A DNA stretch of 64,000 bases, taken from contig CP060768.1 in the NCBI GenBank assembly GCA_023205875.1, positions 124,001 to 188,000 of the forward strand, given 5' to 3'. Every line of letters begins with the position of its first letter. Positions within the stretch are counted from its first letter, which is position 1. Origin of the DNA: Chloropicon primus (lineage: Eukaryota). The notes under the pieces were generated by a model. The model searched no databases. It worked only from the letters and a program-made list of their open reading frames with translations, and was not told where the DNA came from. The position numbers and the translations under genes are program-made. This document shows positions 33,277 through 44,793 of this stretch, piece by piece.

Positions 33277-34221
33277 ATGGTGCAGAGGGGTAAGAAGGGG
33301 AAGGATCCTCGCCTGGGCGTCACGAAGACGACCAAGGTGGAGGCCAAGACGAAGAAGGGGAAGAGGTTCTTGGAGAGCAGGGCTCCGCAGCAAGTGGAGT
33401 ATTGCAAGCATTTGCTGTTGCTGTACGGAAGGAAAACGAGCCAGACTGTGAAGGACGTTATGGTGGAGCTGAAGCATATGAGAGATAGAAACGAGTGCAC
33501 TCACTTGACGCGGAAGAATGAGAACATCGTGCCGTTCGAGACCGGTGGAGAGACGAGCTTGGAGTTCCTTTCCGGGAAAACGCACTGCGGGGCCTTCGTG
33601 GTGGGCTCCCACACGAAGAAGCGCCCAAACAACTTGATATTCGGCAGGGTGTACGACGAGAAGGTGTACGACTTGCTGGAGGTTGGGGTGGACGGGTTCA
33701 GAAAGCAGAACAACGAGGTGAACACCGTCTTCAGCCCCAAGCCCAGCTTCGCCTTCGCTGGTGACGAGTTTGAGAACGACGAGGAATTCAAGCAATTCAA
33801 GTCCATCATCCTGGATTCGTTCCGGGGACGCATCGTGGACAACATCAACCTCAAGGGCGTGGACAGGGTGATCATGTGCACGCCCATCTACTCATCGGGC
33901 GCGTCGAAGAGGAAGCAGGTGATGATGAGGCACTACGCCATCAAGCTGAAGAAGAGTGGGACGAGAATCCCAAGGGTGGAGTTAGTTGACATTGGCCCCA
34001 GCTTGGATCTGTCGTTCAGGAGGAGCAGAGCAGCCCCAGTGGACGTCGAGAAGGAGGCGGTGAAGAAGGTGGACGAGGCGATCAAGAGGAAGAAGGTCAA
34101 GAACGTGAGCGATGACATTTTGGACGGAACCGTAGGAAGGATCTGGATGAAACCCCAGGACATCGACGCCGTGCCGCTGAAGAAGCCCAAGGGAAAGAAA
34201 TCAAGGCCGGTGGAGGAGTGA
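33277..34221 (+). CDS. RPF2: Ribosome production factor 2 (Brix domain)
   Basis: KGKRFLESRAPQ, GSHTKKRPNNLIFGR, LKKSGTRIPRVELVDIGPSLD. Confidence 0.93.
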   Translation: MVQRGKKGKDPRLGVTKTTKVEAKTKKGKRFLESRAPQQVEYCKHLLLLYGRKTSQTVKDVMVELKHMRDRNECTHLTRKNENIVPFETGGETSLEFLSGKTHCGAFVVGSHTKKRPNNLIFGRVYDEKVYDLLEVGVDGFRKQNNEVNTVFSPKPSFAFAGDEFENDEEFKQFKSIILDSFRGRIVDNINLKGVDRVIMCTPIYSSGASKRKQVMMRHYAIKLKKSGTRIPRVELVDIGPSLDLSFRRSRAAPVDVEKEAVKKVDEAIKRKKVKNVSDDILDGTVGRIWMKPQDIDAVPLKKPKGKKSRPVEE

Positions 34222-34401
34222 CGAGCGAGTCGGGGAGGCCACTTCTCACACACGGCACTTCTCTTTCAGCTTTTATGTACACTACAGTAATAAGTCAGGA
34301 GGAAGGGACGGTGTTGTTGTAATTACTTTTTCCCACGCACACACACACACATCATCATCATGTTCCCGGCGCGAGCCAACCCCCGACTCCAATTCTGCCT
34401 C

Positions 34402-35519
34402 TCAGGCCTGGTACCGCGGCGTCAGCTTGAACGAGGTCACCGCTTTTCGGATATCCGTGATGTACCTCTGAAAGGCAGGAATGTCGGTCTGGATTCTGAG
34501 GGTCGCAAGCTTATCGAACCCCGATGCGATCGCAAGCAGAGTGACGGACTTGTACGGACAAACCCCGAGCAGCTTTCTTTCCTCCTCTGTGCACGTCTCT
34601 GGGCTTGCCGACTGGGGCGGCGTCAAACAGAAGAGAAACGAAACATCGTCAGAACGACGTAAGAAAGCGATCCAGTACCCCCTCCCCCGCCCATGCCAAT
34701 TTGCAGGTCACTTACCAGCTCCCAATCGTAGTACGTCACCCCCTCCTTGTCCTGCCGCTTGTTTGCTCTGAACACATCTGCCTTTCGCAAAGCTCCCGTA
34801 AGCGTGTCCGGCGGCAAGGCCCCCAGCAGTGCCTCGATGGTTCCCGCCTTGAAGACGTCATCCAAGTAAGCCGCAGCCGATGCGTCGTCAGGAAAGTCTG
34901 TTATGGCCACCTCCACGCTTTCGAGGATTCCCTTGCCCGTTACCGGGTCGGTGAAGTCCGACCAAGTGTACCTCTTGGCGTCCGATGCGTTCTTCTCAAG
35001 CGGATTTTCGCTGCATCGCCACCTCATGGGCACAACGAGGGAAGCAACGAGGCCATCGGCGCTGCCTGCGCCCCCGCCCTCCCCGGCAGGGGAGGAGCTC
35101 TCCCAGTCCAGAGCGTTCGAGGGCCCGGCCCTGGGACGAGTCCAGGTCGAGAGCGTCTTCCCCTGAAGTGCGGCTCCTTTGTCGTAAATGATCTCAGACT
35201 CCCCGGCGCCCCACGCCCTCGAGCTCACCCCCTGTAACGTCGCCGTCGACGCCACGAGCGCCAAGGAGGCCCGGCGAGACACTGGCAGTGGGGTCTGACT
35301 CCCACCGGTGGCGGTGGACGCACCACCGCATTCTCGCTTCACCGGTTCCTCGCCATCCCGCGATGGGAAGGCCCCGTCACCGATGCTCTGGTCGCCCCTC
35401 TTCCCCTGCCACGCTGCAGTTCGCCGGCGTGGACCCCCTCGTCCACATCCACCCCTCCGTTGGACACAATCCAGCTGCAAACCCAAGCGCATCCCTAGGC
35501 CGAAGACACCAGTATCCAT
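34402..35519 (-). CDS. PsbP-domain thylakoid lumen protein (intron 34715-34612)
   Basis: Twin-arginine SRRASLALV lumenal signal; YYDWEL|SASPETC...GVCPY; AVTSFKL C-terminus. Confidence 0.7.
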
Positions 35520-35862
35520 CGAAAGCCCTCGATGCGTACTTTCGTCTGGTGCGCCTCCCTCTCGCTTCCACCTCAATCCTCGTGCCCGAGGGAGGTCCAC
35601 CCCTTCCTCCACTCCTTCACCCTCTCCACGACCTCCTTCTCCAAATGGGCGAGCCCAGCGACCGCAAAACCCAAACCCAACCAAGGGTGGTATCAATCGA
35701 AAGCCCTTGATGCGTACTTTCGTCCTGGTGCGCCTCTCTCTCGCTTCCCCGCGTCTCCCTTCGCCTCAATCCTCGTCCCCAGGGTCCTGACTCTCCTTAT
35801 CCAAAACTCGTGGCCGAGAGTGAAGCAGAGAATAGTGGAGGAGGACAGAGTCGAGGCGTACG

Positions 35863-37443
35863 ATGGCGACGGGCGTGAGGCATGGCGCTTCGATCCAATG
35901 GACGCGGACACGAGGGAGCGTCTTGAGTTGCTGCTCCAGATCCAAAACAAAAGCAGCACCAACTTTCGTCGATCCAAGTGCAGGGATGAGGATGAAGATG
36001 AAGATGAAGATGAGGATGAGGATACCAGTGGCTTGCTCTTCCTCCTCCTCCTCGTCGTCGTCTGTTGCTACTGTGAAGGAGGAATCGTCGGGAAGTACGG
36101 GCTCGGCTTACGTTGCGGGGTCGACGGGAAGGACGGGACAGAGGGTCGTGAGGGAGCTCGTAGATGCTGGACTCAAGGTGAAGGCTGGAGTGAGGAGTTC
36201 TGACAAGTTCAGGGACACTTTTGACGAGATTCTTTCGTCACAGGACAAGGCAACGAGGCTGAGCTACGAGATGACGAGCTTGGAGGACGCTGAATCCCTG
36301 GAGAGGGGCGTCAGCGGCGCGGATGTTGTGGTGTGCTGCCTGGGAGCTCCGGAGGATGAATTCAACTTTGACAACCCGAGGAGAATCGACGGGGATGGAA
36401 CGATTGCTCTGATTGACGCGGCCAAGGCGAGCGGGACGGTCGAGCACTTCATTCTGGTCACATCCCTGGGCACTGGAAGGTTTGGCTGGCCGGCTTCCAT
36501 TCTCAACCTCTTCTTCGGCGTGCTGCACCACAAGAGGAGGGCGGAGGAGCACCTCCTGGCCAGCGGCTTGAGGTACACCATCGTGAGGCCTGGGGGGATG
36601 GAAAGGCCGACGGACGATTACTACAAGGAGCACAAGATGGTGGTGAAGGGGGAGGACACCCAGTTCGGGGGGCAGGTCTCGAGGACTCAGGTCTCGTGGT
36701 GCGTGAAGGAGTGCGTCCTGAACCCGGCGGTCTGCGAGAACAAGGTGTTGGAGTTGGTCACCAAGGAGATCAACCCGGGAAAGAAGAAGGACGAGGCCAA
36801 GGCGTTCGAGGAGTACGACACCAGCGTGATCGACCAGATCACCAAGATCAAGTCCGCCGGCGACCCAACCGTCGTGGGCTCTCCGGCGTGGTATACCGCC
36901 AAGTACGCTTACACGCCGAGCAAGCTCGACGCCCTCGTCCGGGCGATGGGGTTCAAGGGGACCGCTCCGGAGGTCGTGAACGGCCGGCTCGCCATGCTGG
37001 CCCTGGTGGCGGGCCTCGGGGAGGAGCTCGTGAGCGGGAAGCCCATCGGGCAGCAGGTTGTGGACCAGTATTTCGGAATCGCACTGACCATCGCCGCGGT
37101 GACCTCGGGGAGCCTGGTTCCGCTGGTCAAGGGGGTGGAGGTGAAGCACGCGGACCTCGGACCCTTCAAGTCCGTCGCGGAGAAGCTGAACGGGAGGGTC
37201 GCGATGCTGGCCTTCTCCTACCTCGCCCTCGGGGAGTCCTTTGGGGAGAAGAGGCTGGCGATCGACGCGGTCAAGGCCTCGTTCGCGGAAGTGACGGGCG
37301 TGCTGGCGAGCCTCGACTTCAAGGCGATCCTGTTCGGCTCGGCCATCTTTCTGCTGCTGGGCCTCACGACCTCGCTCGCCACCTTGGCCCCGATCCAGCT
37401 GCTGCTCGGCGGCGACGACGGGGGCGAGGAGGAGGCATCATGA
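35863..37443 (+). CDS. Tic62-like NAD(P)-binding Rossmann domain fused to an ELIP/LHC-like membrane domain
   Basis: VAGSTGRTGQRVVRELV, HFILVTSLGTGRFGWPASILNLF, YTIVRPGGMERP, GGQVSR; then APEVVNGRLAM and AEKLNGRVAMLAF (two ExxNGRxAM helices). Confidence 0.85.
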   Translation: MATGVRHGASIQWTRTRGSVLSCCSRSKTKAAPTFVDPSAGMRMKMKMKMRMRIPVACSSSSSSSSSVATVKEESSGSTGSAYVAGSTGRTGQRVVRELVDAGLKVKAGVRSSDKFRDTFDEILSSQDKATRLSYEMTSLEDAESLERGVSGADVVVCCLGAPEDEFNFDNPRRIDGDGTIALIDAAKASGTVEHFILVTSLGTGRFGWPASILNLFFGVLHHKRRAEEHLLASGLRYTIVRPGGMERPTDDYYKEHKMVVKGEDTQFGGQVSRTQVSWCVKECVLNPAVCENKVLELVTKEINPGKKKDEAKAFEEYDTSVIDQITKIKSAGDPTVVGSPAWYTAKYAYTPSKLDALVRAMGFKGTAPEVVNGRLAMLALVAGLGEELVSGKPIGQQVVDQYFGIALTIAAVTSGSLVPLVKGVEVKHADLGPFKSVAEKLNGRVAMLAFSYLALGESFGEKRLAIDAVKASFAEVTGVLASLDFKAILFGSAIFLLLGLTTSLATLAPIQLLLGGDDGGEEEAS

Positions 37444-38502
37444 GGAATGATGATGGGCCAAGAAGAAGAAAGAGGAGCATAATTTTTCTTTGTATTTGTA
37501 CGACCAGACCATTTTTTCATTTTTTGGTTTGCCGCGTCCGCCATTCTCGCCGCTCTCATCTTGGTCTCCATCTTGGTCTCACACTCCAGTCCCCTCACCC
37601 ACCGCCCCGTCCCCTCACCCACCACCCTCTTGACACGACACGATCCACGAAGCGAGCGAGGGTTCTTTGGAAAGAGGAAGAAGAGTCGAACCCGACCACC
37701 TTTGATCCTTCTCGCCCCTCCACCCTCCACCCTCCACCATCCCTCCTCCCTCCTCCCTCCTCCTGTCCACTCATCTTGGTCTTGGTCTTGGTCTCCCCAG
37801 GGTTTTCTCTCAATCATAACGCCTGCGGAACCGTTTCAAAAAAAAAGGCATTCAAAAGGGCGAACCACAGGGGCGAGAGCCAAAAAAAGAAAGGCGACAC
37901 TTTGGAGCGGAGAAAGAGGTACGAAGACGAAATATTGAGGGAGGGAGATCATTGCCGGACGAAACTAGACCTTGCGACCTTTCGAAAGAGCCGTCGGTCG
38001 GAAAGATTGAGTCACGGGAAGGGGATCCACGGACGGGACACGTGGGGATGGAGACCTGGTGGTGAGGCAAGGCAAAGAGGACCGGGGTTTACCGACGAGG
38101 TGGAGGGCGAGGACGATGAAACTGGGTGACGGGACCATTGACTGACGAAAATAGACCTCCCGATCTTTCGTTTGGCACCTCTTTTAGAAAGATTGAGTTG
38201 CGTGGTGAGGATCCGTGACGCTCGATTGAGGTTTTTTTTTCGGCACTGGGCACGCAAGCCAAGCAAGGCGGACGTGTGGGGCCGGGGCGAGGAGAAGGGC
38301 ACGAACGGGGTGCGGGACGATCGCCGAGCGATAGCACGCATCGCGAGCTCTCGGTCCTGTGGACGCCCGAGTCGTCGTTCGCGACGCTAGATTGACACCG
38401 CACGACGCCGAGACGAGACGGGGGAGAGGTCTTTTCTCGACTGCTGCCCTTGCCAAGCCAACCAAAGGTCTCCGAGAACAGCGGTACTGCTGCTGTGACG
38501 AT

Positions 38503-40185
38503 ATGGAGAATACGACGCGAGAGGAAGAGGACAAGACGTTGGGGATCATGCCAGGGGACGCCGCGGCGGACCCCGTGCCCGCGGCGGACCTCGTGCCCGA
38601 CGCGGAGGAGGGGGGGGTCCTCCTGGTCAAGCGGACCGACAGCGAGTACGTCGAGAGCATCTACCAGGCGGTGCAGGTGGCGTGCTCGTGCTCCGGCAGC
38701 CACTCGATGCAACTCCCCGGGAGGGACAAGATCCTTCAAGTGATGAGAACGAATTCGGAGCTCGTTGGCAAGAAGGAGTCCGGGTTCACGAGGTGGAAGA
38801 ACGCGCTGGACTTTCTCAAATTGACTGGACTCGTTTACACGGTGCCCAACTCGGGCACGTTCGTCACCAAGGAGGGAGGGACCATCGGCAACATCTTGAA
38901 CCTCCTCCAGGATGGCATCCGCGTCGAGAACGAGGCGGTCCAAGCGGACGTGAGGAAAATTATTCAAGGCATCAGCATTTCTCGCAGCAGCTCCTCCTCC
39001 TCCGGATCCATCATTGCCGAGGAACCCGAGGATTCCGACGCAAAGGGCAGCAGCGAGGAGGAGATCGCGGCCGAGATTCTCCAGGACCTTAAGTTCACCA
39101 AGGAGCCCGCCGGCATGGCACTCGTTGCAGCCAAGCAGCGCGGTGGGGCCGGGGCGAGGAAAAGCGCCCGGCAGCCAAAGAAGAAGAGGGGAGGGCAGGG
39201 CCCCTCCTCGTCGTTCGACCCCTCCACCGTGGGCTTCAAGCTCAATGGCCCGTGGGAGCCAAAGAACGAGGACGAGGAGGAGGAGTACACCGCCTTCCTG
39301 ACCATGCTGGTGAACGGAAACACGAACGTGACGAGCTGGACCCACGCGAGGTTGAAGAAATCCGTTGCCGCGATTTTCGGGGTCCTCCACGCCGCGCCCA
39401 GGGGCCTCACGAGAATCCAGCTCAGGAACGCTGCCCGCGCATACGTCGGGGACACGGGCCTGCTCGATTACACCATAAAAGTTCTCGTGAATCTCCAGCT
39501 TTGCGGGTTTTTCATGAACAGGACGACCGATCCCGTGAACGGCAAGCTCTTCTACACGGTGGATTACATCGCTGACAACGAGGGGAAGAAGCCTTCGTTC
39601 CAGGCTGCGGCAATCTCCCCCCTGCCTGGCCACGAGGACGCGAACGCCCAGACCAACGAGAACGTTCCTCCTGCAGAGGCATCAGAGGGGGAGGACCCCA
39701 ACACCCCCGTCCTCCACGGCAGGAGAGCGGGGGGCAAGAGGAAGGCTCCCGCTCCCATGAGATACGAGGACTACTACAATTCCACTGCCGGGTCAGGGCG
39801 CAAGGACAAGACTGCTGTGGTGGCCAAGCCGCCAGTCAAAAGGAGCAGGTACTTCAAGGCCGTGCAGAACAAGAACGTGCAAAACAGCGAGGCGACCAAC
39901 CCGATTCCTCCAAAGCTGGAGGGCAGCTTTGCCTGGAGGCAGCAGAGGGTCAACGACGCGCAGGAGAACATGATTGTCGGGGGTAATCAAGACATAAGTA
40001 CCGCGGCCGAGGTGAACAACATCGTCTACGAGGCTGCGAGCCAAGCCCAGGGAGCCAACATGCAGACCAACTGGATGAAACAGTACCTGACGAACGAGAT
40101 CCTCAAGGAGATAACCGGGGCGCAGCAGGATGTCCACCAGCTCCGAGAGGAGTTCAACAAAGTTATCTTCACCTGTCTTGGGTGA
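38503..40185 (+). CDS. DYAD/SWI1/AMEIOTIC1-like (PTC1-type winged helix) protein
   Basis: WTHARL...GLTRIQLRNAARAYVGDTGLLDYTIK matches the conserved LRxxARxxIGDTGLLD motif. Confidence 0.75.
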   Translation: MENTTREEEDKTLGIMPGDAAADPVPAADLVPDAEEGGVLLVKRTDSEYVESIYQAVQVACSCSGSHSMQLPGRDKILQVMRTNSELVGKKESGFTRWKNALDFLKLTGLVYTVPNSGTFVTKEGGTIGNILNLLQDGIRVENEAVQADVRKIIQGISISRSSSSSSGSIIAEEPEDSDAKGSSEEEIAAEILQDLKFTKEPAGMALVAAKQRGGAGARKSARQPKKKRGGQGPSSSFDPSTVGFKLNGPWEPKNEDEEEEYTAFLTMLVNGNTNVTSWTHARLKKSVAAIFGVLHAAPRGLTRIQLRNAARAYVGDTGLLDYTIKVLVNLQLCGFFMNRTTDPVNGKLFYTVDYIADNEGKKPSFQAAAISPLPGHEDANAQTNENVPPAEASEGEDPNTPVLHGRRAGGKRKAPAPMRYEDYYNSTAGSGRKDKTAVVAKPPVKRSRYFKAVQNKNVQNSEATNPIPPKLEGSFAWRQQRVNDAQENMIVGGNQDISTAAEVNNIVYEAASQAQGANMQTNWMKQYLTNEILKEITGAQQDVHQLREEFNKVIFTCLG

Positions 40186-40251
40186 CATTTTGACCAACAC
40201 ACGCCACCATAACATCCCCCCTCTGTTTAGTAAATTCAATTCACTGTAGCA

Positions 40252-41274
40252 TCATGCGCTCTCCCTCTCTAGGAGGTCAACCACCTCCACGACCACATCG
40301 GTCCACCCAGCGAGTCCGGGCTTGTCCGGGGCGTAGACTTTTTCCTCCTCAAAGCCGCTCCTGATGCAGGCGTCGTGAGAGGTTCCCCCGATGCAGCAGC
40401 TGTAGACGTCAGTCCTCCCAGTCAAGTGCTTCCAGGCTTTGATTGCCGACGGGGATCCAAAAGTGACGACGACCGCCTCTCTTGCCGCAATCTCCTGCTG
40501 CTCTGTCAGCCTCCCAACGGGCCGAGTGGAGTACGTGTTGATCCTGGTGACTTTGAACCCCCTTGAGGCCAGGCCTCCCTCGATGTCGTTGCTCGCGAGC
40601 TCGCTTGATGGGTACACGACTACTGGAGGTTGGCGATCCCCCCCGCGCTGGTCGCCCAAACCAGGTGCCGACAAGGGAAGCTCGCTTGCCATGACTTTCC
40701 CTGTCGCTTTCGAGGGGGTGAAGCGTATCAGGTGCCCCGCGCCGCCCTCCTCGAGGGTCTTGGACGTTCCCATTCCTATGGACGCCACCCGAGGCCAGCC
40801 CGGACTCCCCGCTTGGCGCCAGCACTCCGTGAAGACTGACGCCGATTCCGGCGACGTGGTCACAAACCAAGCGACCTGCCCCTCGCAACTTCGCAGTTTG
40901 TCCACGAGCTGGTCGATGCCTTGGGCATTCCGCGTGTGCTCTACCAGCGGCAGCTCGAACGTTTTGATCCCCCTCCCCTCCAGCCTCGCTCTGAGCTTGT
41001 CGTTCTTGGACTCCTCTCGCGTCAGGAACACCAGGGGACCCTCGCTCGAGGGCGACGACGAACAGGGTGTGCTGACACGAGATCGCAGTCGCGAAGGTCC
41101 GAGGAACCCCTTGCCTCGCGCCCGTCCCCCTCTCCTCCTCGGCGACGACGGCGTCCTCCGACGACTGGCCACGGTGCGTACGCCACGATCGCGCCCGCCA
41201 TCGACCGGCGCCCCTCCCCTCACCCCTTTCCCTGCGCCCATGGAGCAGACTGCCACCCTTCCAACGCTCTGCAT
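40252..41274 (-). CDS. hemD: Uroporphyrinogen-III synthase (HemD/UROS), plastid-targeted
   Basis: VFLTREESKNDKL, ELPLVEH, TTSPESA, FTPSKATGKVMASELP, RINTYST, TFGSPSA. Confidence 0.9.
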   Translation of the reverse strand: MQSVGRVAVCSMGAGKGVRGGAPVDGGRDRGVRTVASRRRTPSSPRRRGGRARGKGFLGPSRLRSRVSTPCSSSPSSEGPLVFLTREESKNDKLRARLEGRGIKTFELPLVEHTRNAQGIDQLVDKLRSCEGQVAWFVTTSPESASVFTECWRQAGSPGWPRVASIGMGTSKTLEEGGAGHLIRFTPSKATGKVMASELPLSAPGLGDQRGGDRQPPVVVYPSSELASNDIEGGLASRGFKVTRINTYSTRPVGRLTEQQEIAAREAVVVTFGSPSAIKAWKHLTGRTDVYSCCIGGTSHDACIRSGFEEEKVYAPDKPGLAGWTDVVVEVVDLLERESA

Positions 41275-42088
41275 CGTCCTGATGAGCCACTCCAAGGCCC
41301 AACCTGCTCCAAGCTCCCAAGCTCGTGCCCCTTACCAAAACTGCTCAAACCACAAGCTCCTGGGTCTCACAGCGAGTCAAAACGACCAAGCGCCCGAGGA
41401 ATCGAAAGCTTGTGAGACGCAACTTCACCGAGCACCACCCTCTACCCTTCCAGTTCCGTCCTCTCCGTCCAATTCCTTCCCGTATGCTCCTGGATGGCCT
41501 CCTCCGACCTGCACGACAACCTGGATGCCTCTCGACGTAGCGGAGCACTCCGTTGGTCAAAACAGTCGATCAAGAGGTCAATGGAAAGCTCGCGAGATTC
41601 TCTTTCCTGATGCGTGCACTCCTTGGCCCCCTTGCCTCGTCCCCAAGCTCCGCGCTTCAAGAGGCGACGACGAACGACGACGAACCAAGCGATGGCGTGG
41701 CGCCAAAAAGTGTCTCGAAGAGAGAAGGGGAGAGGGGCGGAGGAGGAGCGGTCTGAGGGGCGGAGGGGGGAGGCAGGGACCCGATAGGCGGAGAAGTGGG
41801 AAGCTTGGTGTCTTTATCTTTCGAAAGAGCCCTCGCTCGAGAGAAACGTCGCTGTTTTGAGGCATTGACGGACGGAAAGTCTTCGCTCTTCGCTCTGGAA
41901 GGCTCGGCTTCCCAGCAGCAGAGGGAGGGAGAGAGTGGCGCGCAGGTTAAGTTGCGGCGGGAGGGGGAAGAGGGAGTGGAATCATCGGAAGCGTCTTTGT
42001 CTCCTCTTTCCAAAGAGCGGTCGCTTGCTAGGGATTCTGGAGGGAAGGCGGAGGGAAGGAGCCAGGAGCGGCATCGGCATCAACAGGT

Positions 42089-42969
42089 ATGCCATCGTCC
42101 AGCAAGGGGAAGGTGGACAAGACCGTCGCGTTCCTTTCGAAGAGGGATGGCATCGATAAGGTACTGAAGCTTGCCAAGTACCTGTCATCCCTCGGCGTGG
42201 AGCTGAGCCACGGGGGTGAGGGCGGTGGTGCCAGCAGCGGCGGGCGCGGAGGAGGGAAGCTCAAGGACCTGGAGAGCGCCTTGTCCTTGTCGAGGAAGGC
42301 CTTCAGGCTTGGCAAGTTCCTTGGCAACGTGAACAAGCTCGTGGAGCTTCGGGAGAGGGAGAGGAAGAGGGCAGAGGACGCGGCAAGGCGCGAGGTTGGA
42401 AAGGGAGACGGGTTCCGGAAACTCGTGGAGGAGAACTACTTCCTCAGCAGGCGGACGTTCCTGGTTCTGTCTCTGGTGAACAACTGCAGCGAGGGGCTGT
42501 ACTACTTTTTGGACCAGCTGCAGTTCCTGGTGAAGGCGAAGGTCTTGAAGAAGTCCGACACGATCAAGGGCATCAAGAGGACGGCTGCTGTTGCGGAGCT
42601 CCTGAGTTACGTGGCGGACACCCTCCTCCTCGGTAAGTAGGACACCTGGTGCGACAGAGGGGTTGCGGAGCTTGCCGTTCCTCTGGGGAAGTGGTGGTCC
42701 CTGGTGACTCGCAGCAGCAGCACACACTGACAACACGCTCGTCGTCCCTTTGCTTGCTTGTCGAAACAACACGGGGGTCGGGCGCCCCAGTCCTCGACGG
42801 AAAATCGGGGGAGGACATGTGCTTCAGCACGATGCAGAACTTGGCGGACTTCTTGATGGCGCTGGACGACATCAGGGACAGCGAGGGCGGTTTGGGCGAC
42901 CCCAGGTTCCTGTCGTGCCTCGGCCTGGTCAGCGCACTCATCGGGATCAGGTCGAAATGGAAGAAGTGA
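42089..42969 (+). CDS. PEX11: Peroxisomal membrane protein PEX11 (one intron after about 42633)
   Basis: VDKTVAFLSKRDGIDKVLKL, LSLSRKAFRLGKFL, QNLADFLMAL, GLVSALIGIRSKWKK. Confidence 0.88.
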
Positions 42970-43064
42970 GGACGGCATGACCTGCTGCCAAAGCGTGGTG
43001 GCTGGCGGGGATTTTCATTGGTGACCGTCCTCGGTCGAGGACGGTTGTTAGTTACCCTCACGGC

Positions 43065-43583
43065 TTGCGACATGTATACAAGTCTAGTCCTTTCTGGCCA
43101 ATTCCAATTGCCGCTTTCATTGTTGGTCATTTGGTCCCTCCTCCCGTTTCTCGGAGTACTCTCAGGACTACTGCTCTGTCCCAACCCCCCATTGTACTGC
43201 GGGGAGAGGAGAGACTCCATGCTAACTGGAGCGAAGGCAACTTGGGTAACTCCAACAGCTCTGACCGCAGCAACTTCGTGGAGATTCGTGTCTCGAAGGT
43301 CGAGGACACGACGACGACGGAGGAGAAGTACTCGGTGGACGTGTGCGGCAAGGACCGGAGCGGCCTGCTTTGCGACATCACAAGAGCCCTCAAGTCCCTG
43401 GATCTGGTGGTCAAGAAAGCTTTCGTGAAGACTGGGGTGAGTGGCACCGTCAGCGATACCTTTGAGGTCAACAAATCCAACTGCAAGCTGAGCACCGAGG
43501 AGATTGAGAAGCAGCTCTCGGAAACCCTGCAGGAGATGCAAGCAGAGGCTTGCGATAAGCAGCAGAAGGCGTCGTCGTCGTAG
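43065..43583 (+). CDS. Small ACT-domain protein (5' end uncertain)
   Basis: YSVDVCGKDRSGLLCDITRALKSLDLVVKKAFVKT...VSDTFEV is an ACR-type ACT motif. Confidence 0.75.
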   Translation: MRHVYKSSPFWPIPIAAFIVGHLVPPPVSRSTLRTTALSQPPIVLRGEERLHANWSEGNLGNSNSSDRSNFVEIRVSKVEDTTTTEEKYSVDVCGKDRSGLLCDITRALKSLDLVVKKAFVKTGVSGTVSDTFEVNKSNCKLSTEEIEKQLSETLQEMQAEACDKQQKASSS

Positions 43584-43696
43584 CGACGAGAGAGAGAGAG
43601 AGAGACGCGTTTGGCTTCAAGACTTTGGGGGGGCCTCCGAAAGACTTAAACTGCGCCTGTTATGTACCATACAATATTTCGATTATATGCTATGTG

Positions 43697-44257
43697 CTAT
43701 TGTTTGGCTGTCTGAACATTGATTCGTGCTCTCGCGTTAGGTGGGTAGGTCACGTCCACAATGAGGTACGCAAACTCCCAGTCACTTCCCTTTTCATACA
43801 TGTCCGCGTGGATGGTGGCTCTTCCGTTCGGTCCGCTCGCTTGGAATTGGACCTGGCAATGCTCCGTTCCATCCTCCTGCCTCACCATCCTGTGAGAGAT
43901 CCTCTGCCTCGCCCTTCTATTCCTGCTGTCGCTGCCATAGCCTTTGATGGGGCTCCCTAGCCTGACCATGACTCTCGGATCTTGCTGTATCCGCTCAAGC
44001 GCTTTGTTGTACACCTTATCCGCCGGCTTCTCCACGAAGAGCTCCGTCACCACGTAGTACGCCAAAGTTGCCGCGATGGCCAACCCTCCCGCAATCACCA
44101 CAGAGTAGGAAGCTCCCTCCACCGCGGTCACCGGACCTGACACAAAAACGAAACAAAAAGTCCAAAGACAACCGAAAGAACGAATGAATGAAACAACGTC
44201 GTCAGCTTCCGTGAATCCTCTCACGAGAGGACGACGCACCAGCTTCGCCTGTCTGTG

Positions 44258-44307
<50 letters not shown>

Positions 44308-44682
44308 TGTGTGCCGCTTACCTTTTGGTTCGTGGAAGAAAGTGCTCAAGGCTTCCTGGTCTTTCTGTTGGAGGGAAGAGAGCGCCTCCTCTCGCGCTTT
44401 ACCCTTCCCTCCCGCTTTCGTCGCGAAGGAGGGTCTCTTGCTCGACACGGAAGCGACCTGGCTCTCGCTTGCCCTCATCCAATGCCTCGCCACATGTTGA
44501 TGAAGTTGCGTCACACCCTCTTTCCCTTTGATGCAAACACTCTTCACGCATTTCTCGGCAAGGGTGTGGTGCGTTCTCAGAGCAAAACTAGCGCCATGCC
44601 TCGTCCCTTCCTTGACGACGAGCTTACCTAGCGTCCAACTCACGAAGGGACCCAGTCCTCGCACAGCTGCCATCCCGTTCAT
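43697..44682 (-). CDS. TIM21: Mitochondrial import subunit TIM21 (intron about 44321-44137)
   Basis: ASYSVVIAGGLAI TM segment, VYNKALERIQQDPRV..LGSPIKGYG.DSRNRRARQRISH. Confidence 0.85.
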
Positions 44683-44793
44683 CCCAACCACCTCTCTCCT
44701 CTCTCCTCTCCGGAGCCGCCGACCGACCCTCTCCTCTCCTCTCCTCTGATCCCAAGGAAAAGAAAAATTCATCCAATCCTCCAACCAAGATCA

